Below the pieces are notes generated by a model that saw only the letters and a program-made list of their open reading frames with translations, was not told the DNA's origin and did not search any database. The position numbers and the translations under genes are program-made. Below, in pieces: positions 62,111 through 62,249 of a stretch of DNA of 62,249 bases. Source of the DNA: Azolla caroliniana (Eukaryota > Plantae > Polypodiophyta); assembly GCA_043228905.1 (NCBI GenBank), contig JBHGNT010000166.1, forward strand, positions 1 to 62,249. Reading direction: 5' to 3'. How positions within the stretch are numbered: the first letter of the stretch is position 1; each line of letters starts with the position of its first letter.

Positions 62111-62249
62111 TTGAATTTCTTCGAAGTGACTAAGACGATCCTCGGCAACAGGGTTGGTAGGAACGACTGGATGCGCACTCATCGTCCAAAATAGGAGTCA
62201 TTTGGCTGGACCATCCAAGCTATGTAGAGTTAGTTTCTAGTTCTTTTCA

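Overview
Eukaryotic, TE-dense plant DNA; the retroelement lineages and intron style suggest a bryophyte or other non-seed plant (inference). It holds one intact host gene: a 12-exon DUF89/ARMT1-like damage-control phosphatase on the minus strand (20018-30444, 366 aa) with a GC-AG intron and a Copia remnant in intron 7. Nested LTR retrotransposons surround it: non-chromovirus Ty3/gypsy elements with tRNA-Trp PBS (Phygy-like; 4-bp TSDs), a young non-autonomous gag-only derivative, two Ty1/copia remnants, a fully intact Tcn1-like chromovirus (45362-51048, LTRs identical by eye) plus a decayed relative, and LINE fragments. The most notable signals are: (1) a spliced, decayed gene at ~59095-61190 fusing a ParB-like domain to a beta-class amino-DNA-methyltransferase domain (ICGD...DIPY...WxKxN); (2) antisense tRNA-like Pol III A/B-box cassettes in the U3 of LTRs from two unrelated gypsy lineages; (3) a U3 module shared between a copia and a gypsy LTR; (4) conserved -1 frameshift pseudoknots; (5) a Tf1-type self-priming signal; (6) repeated insertion of one family into an RY-rich tract of another family's LTR. 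All coordinates were read by eye and no database searches were run.
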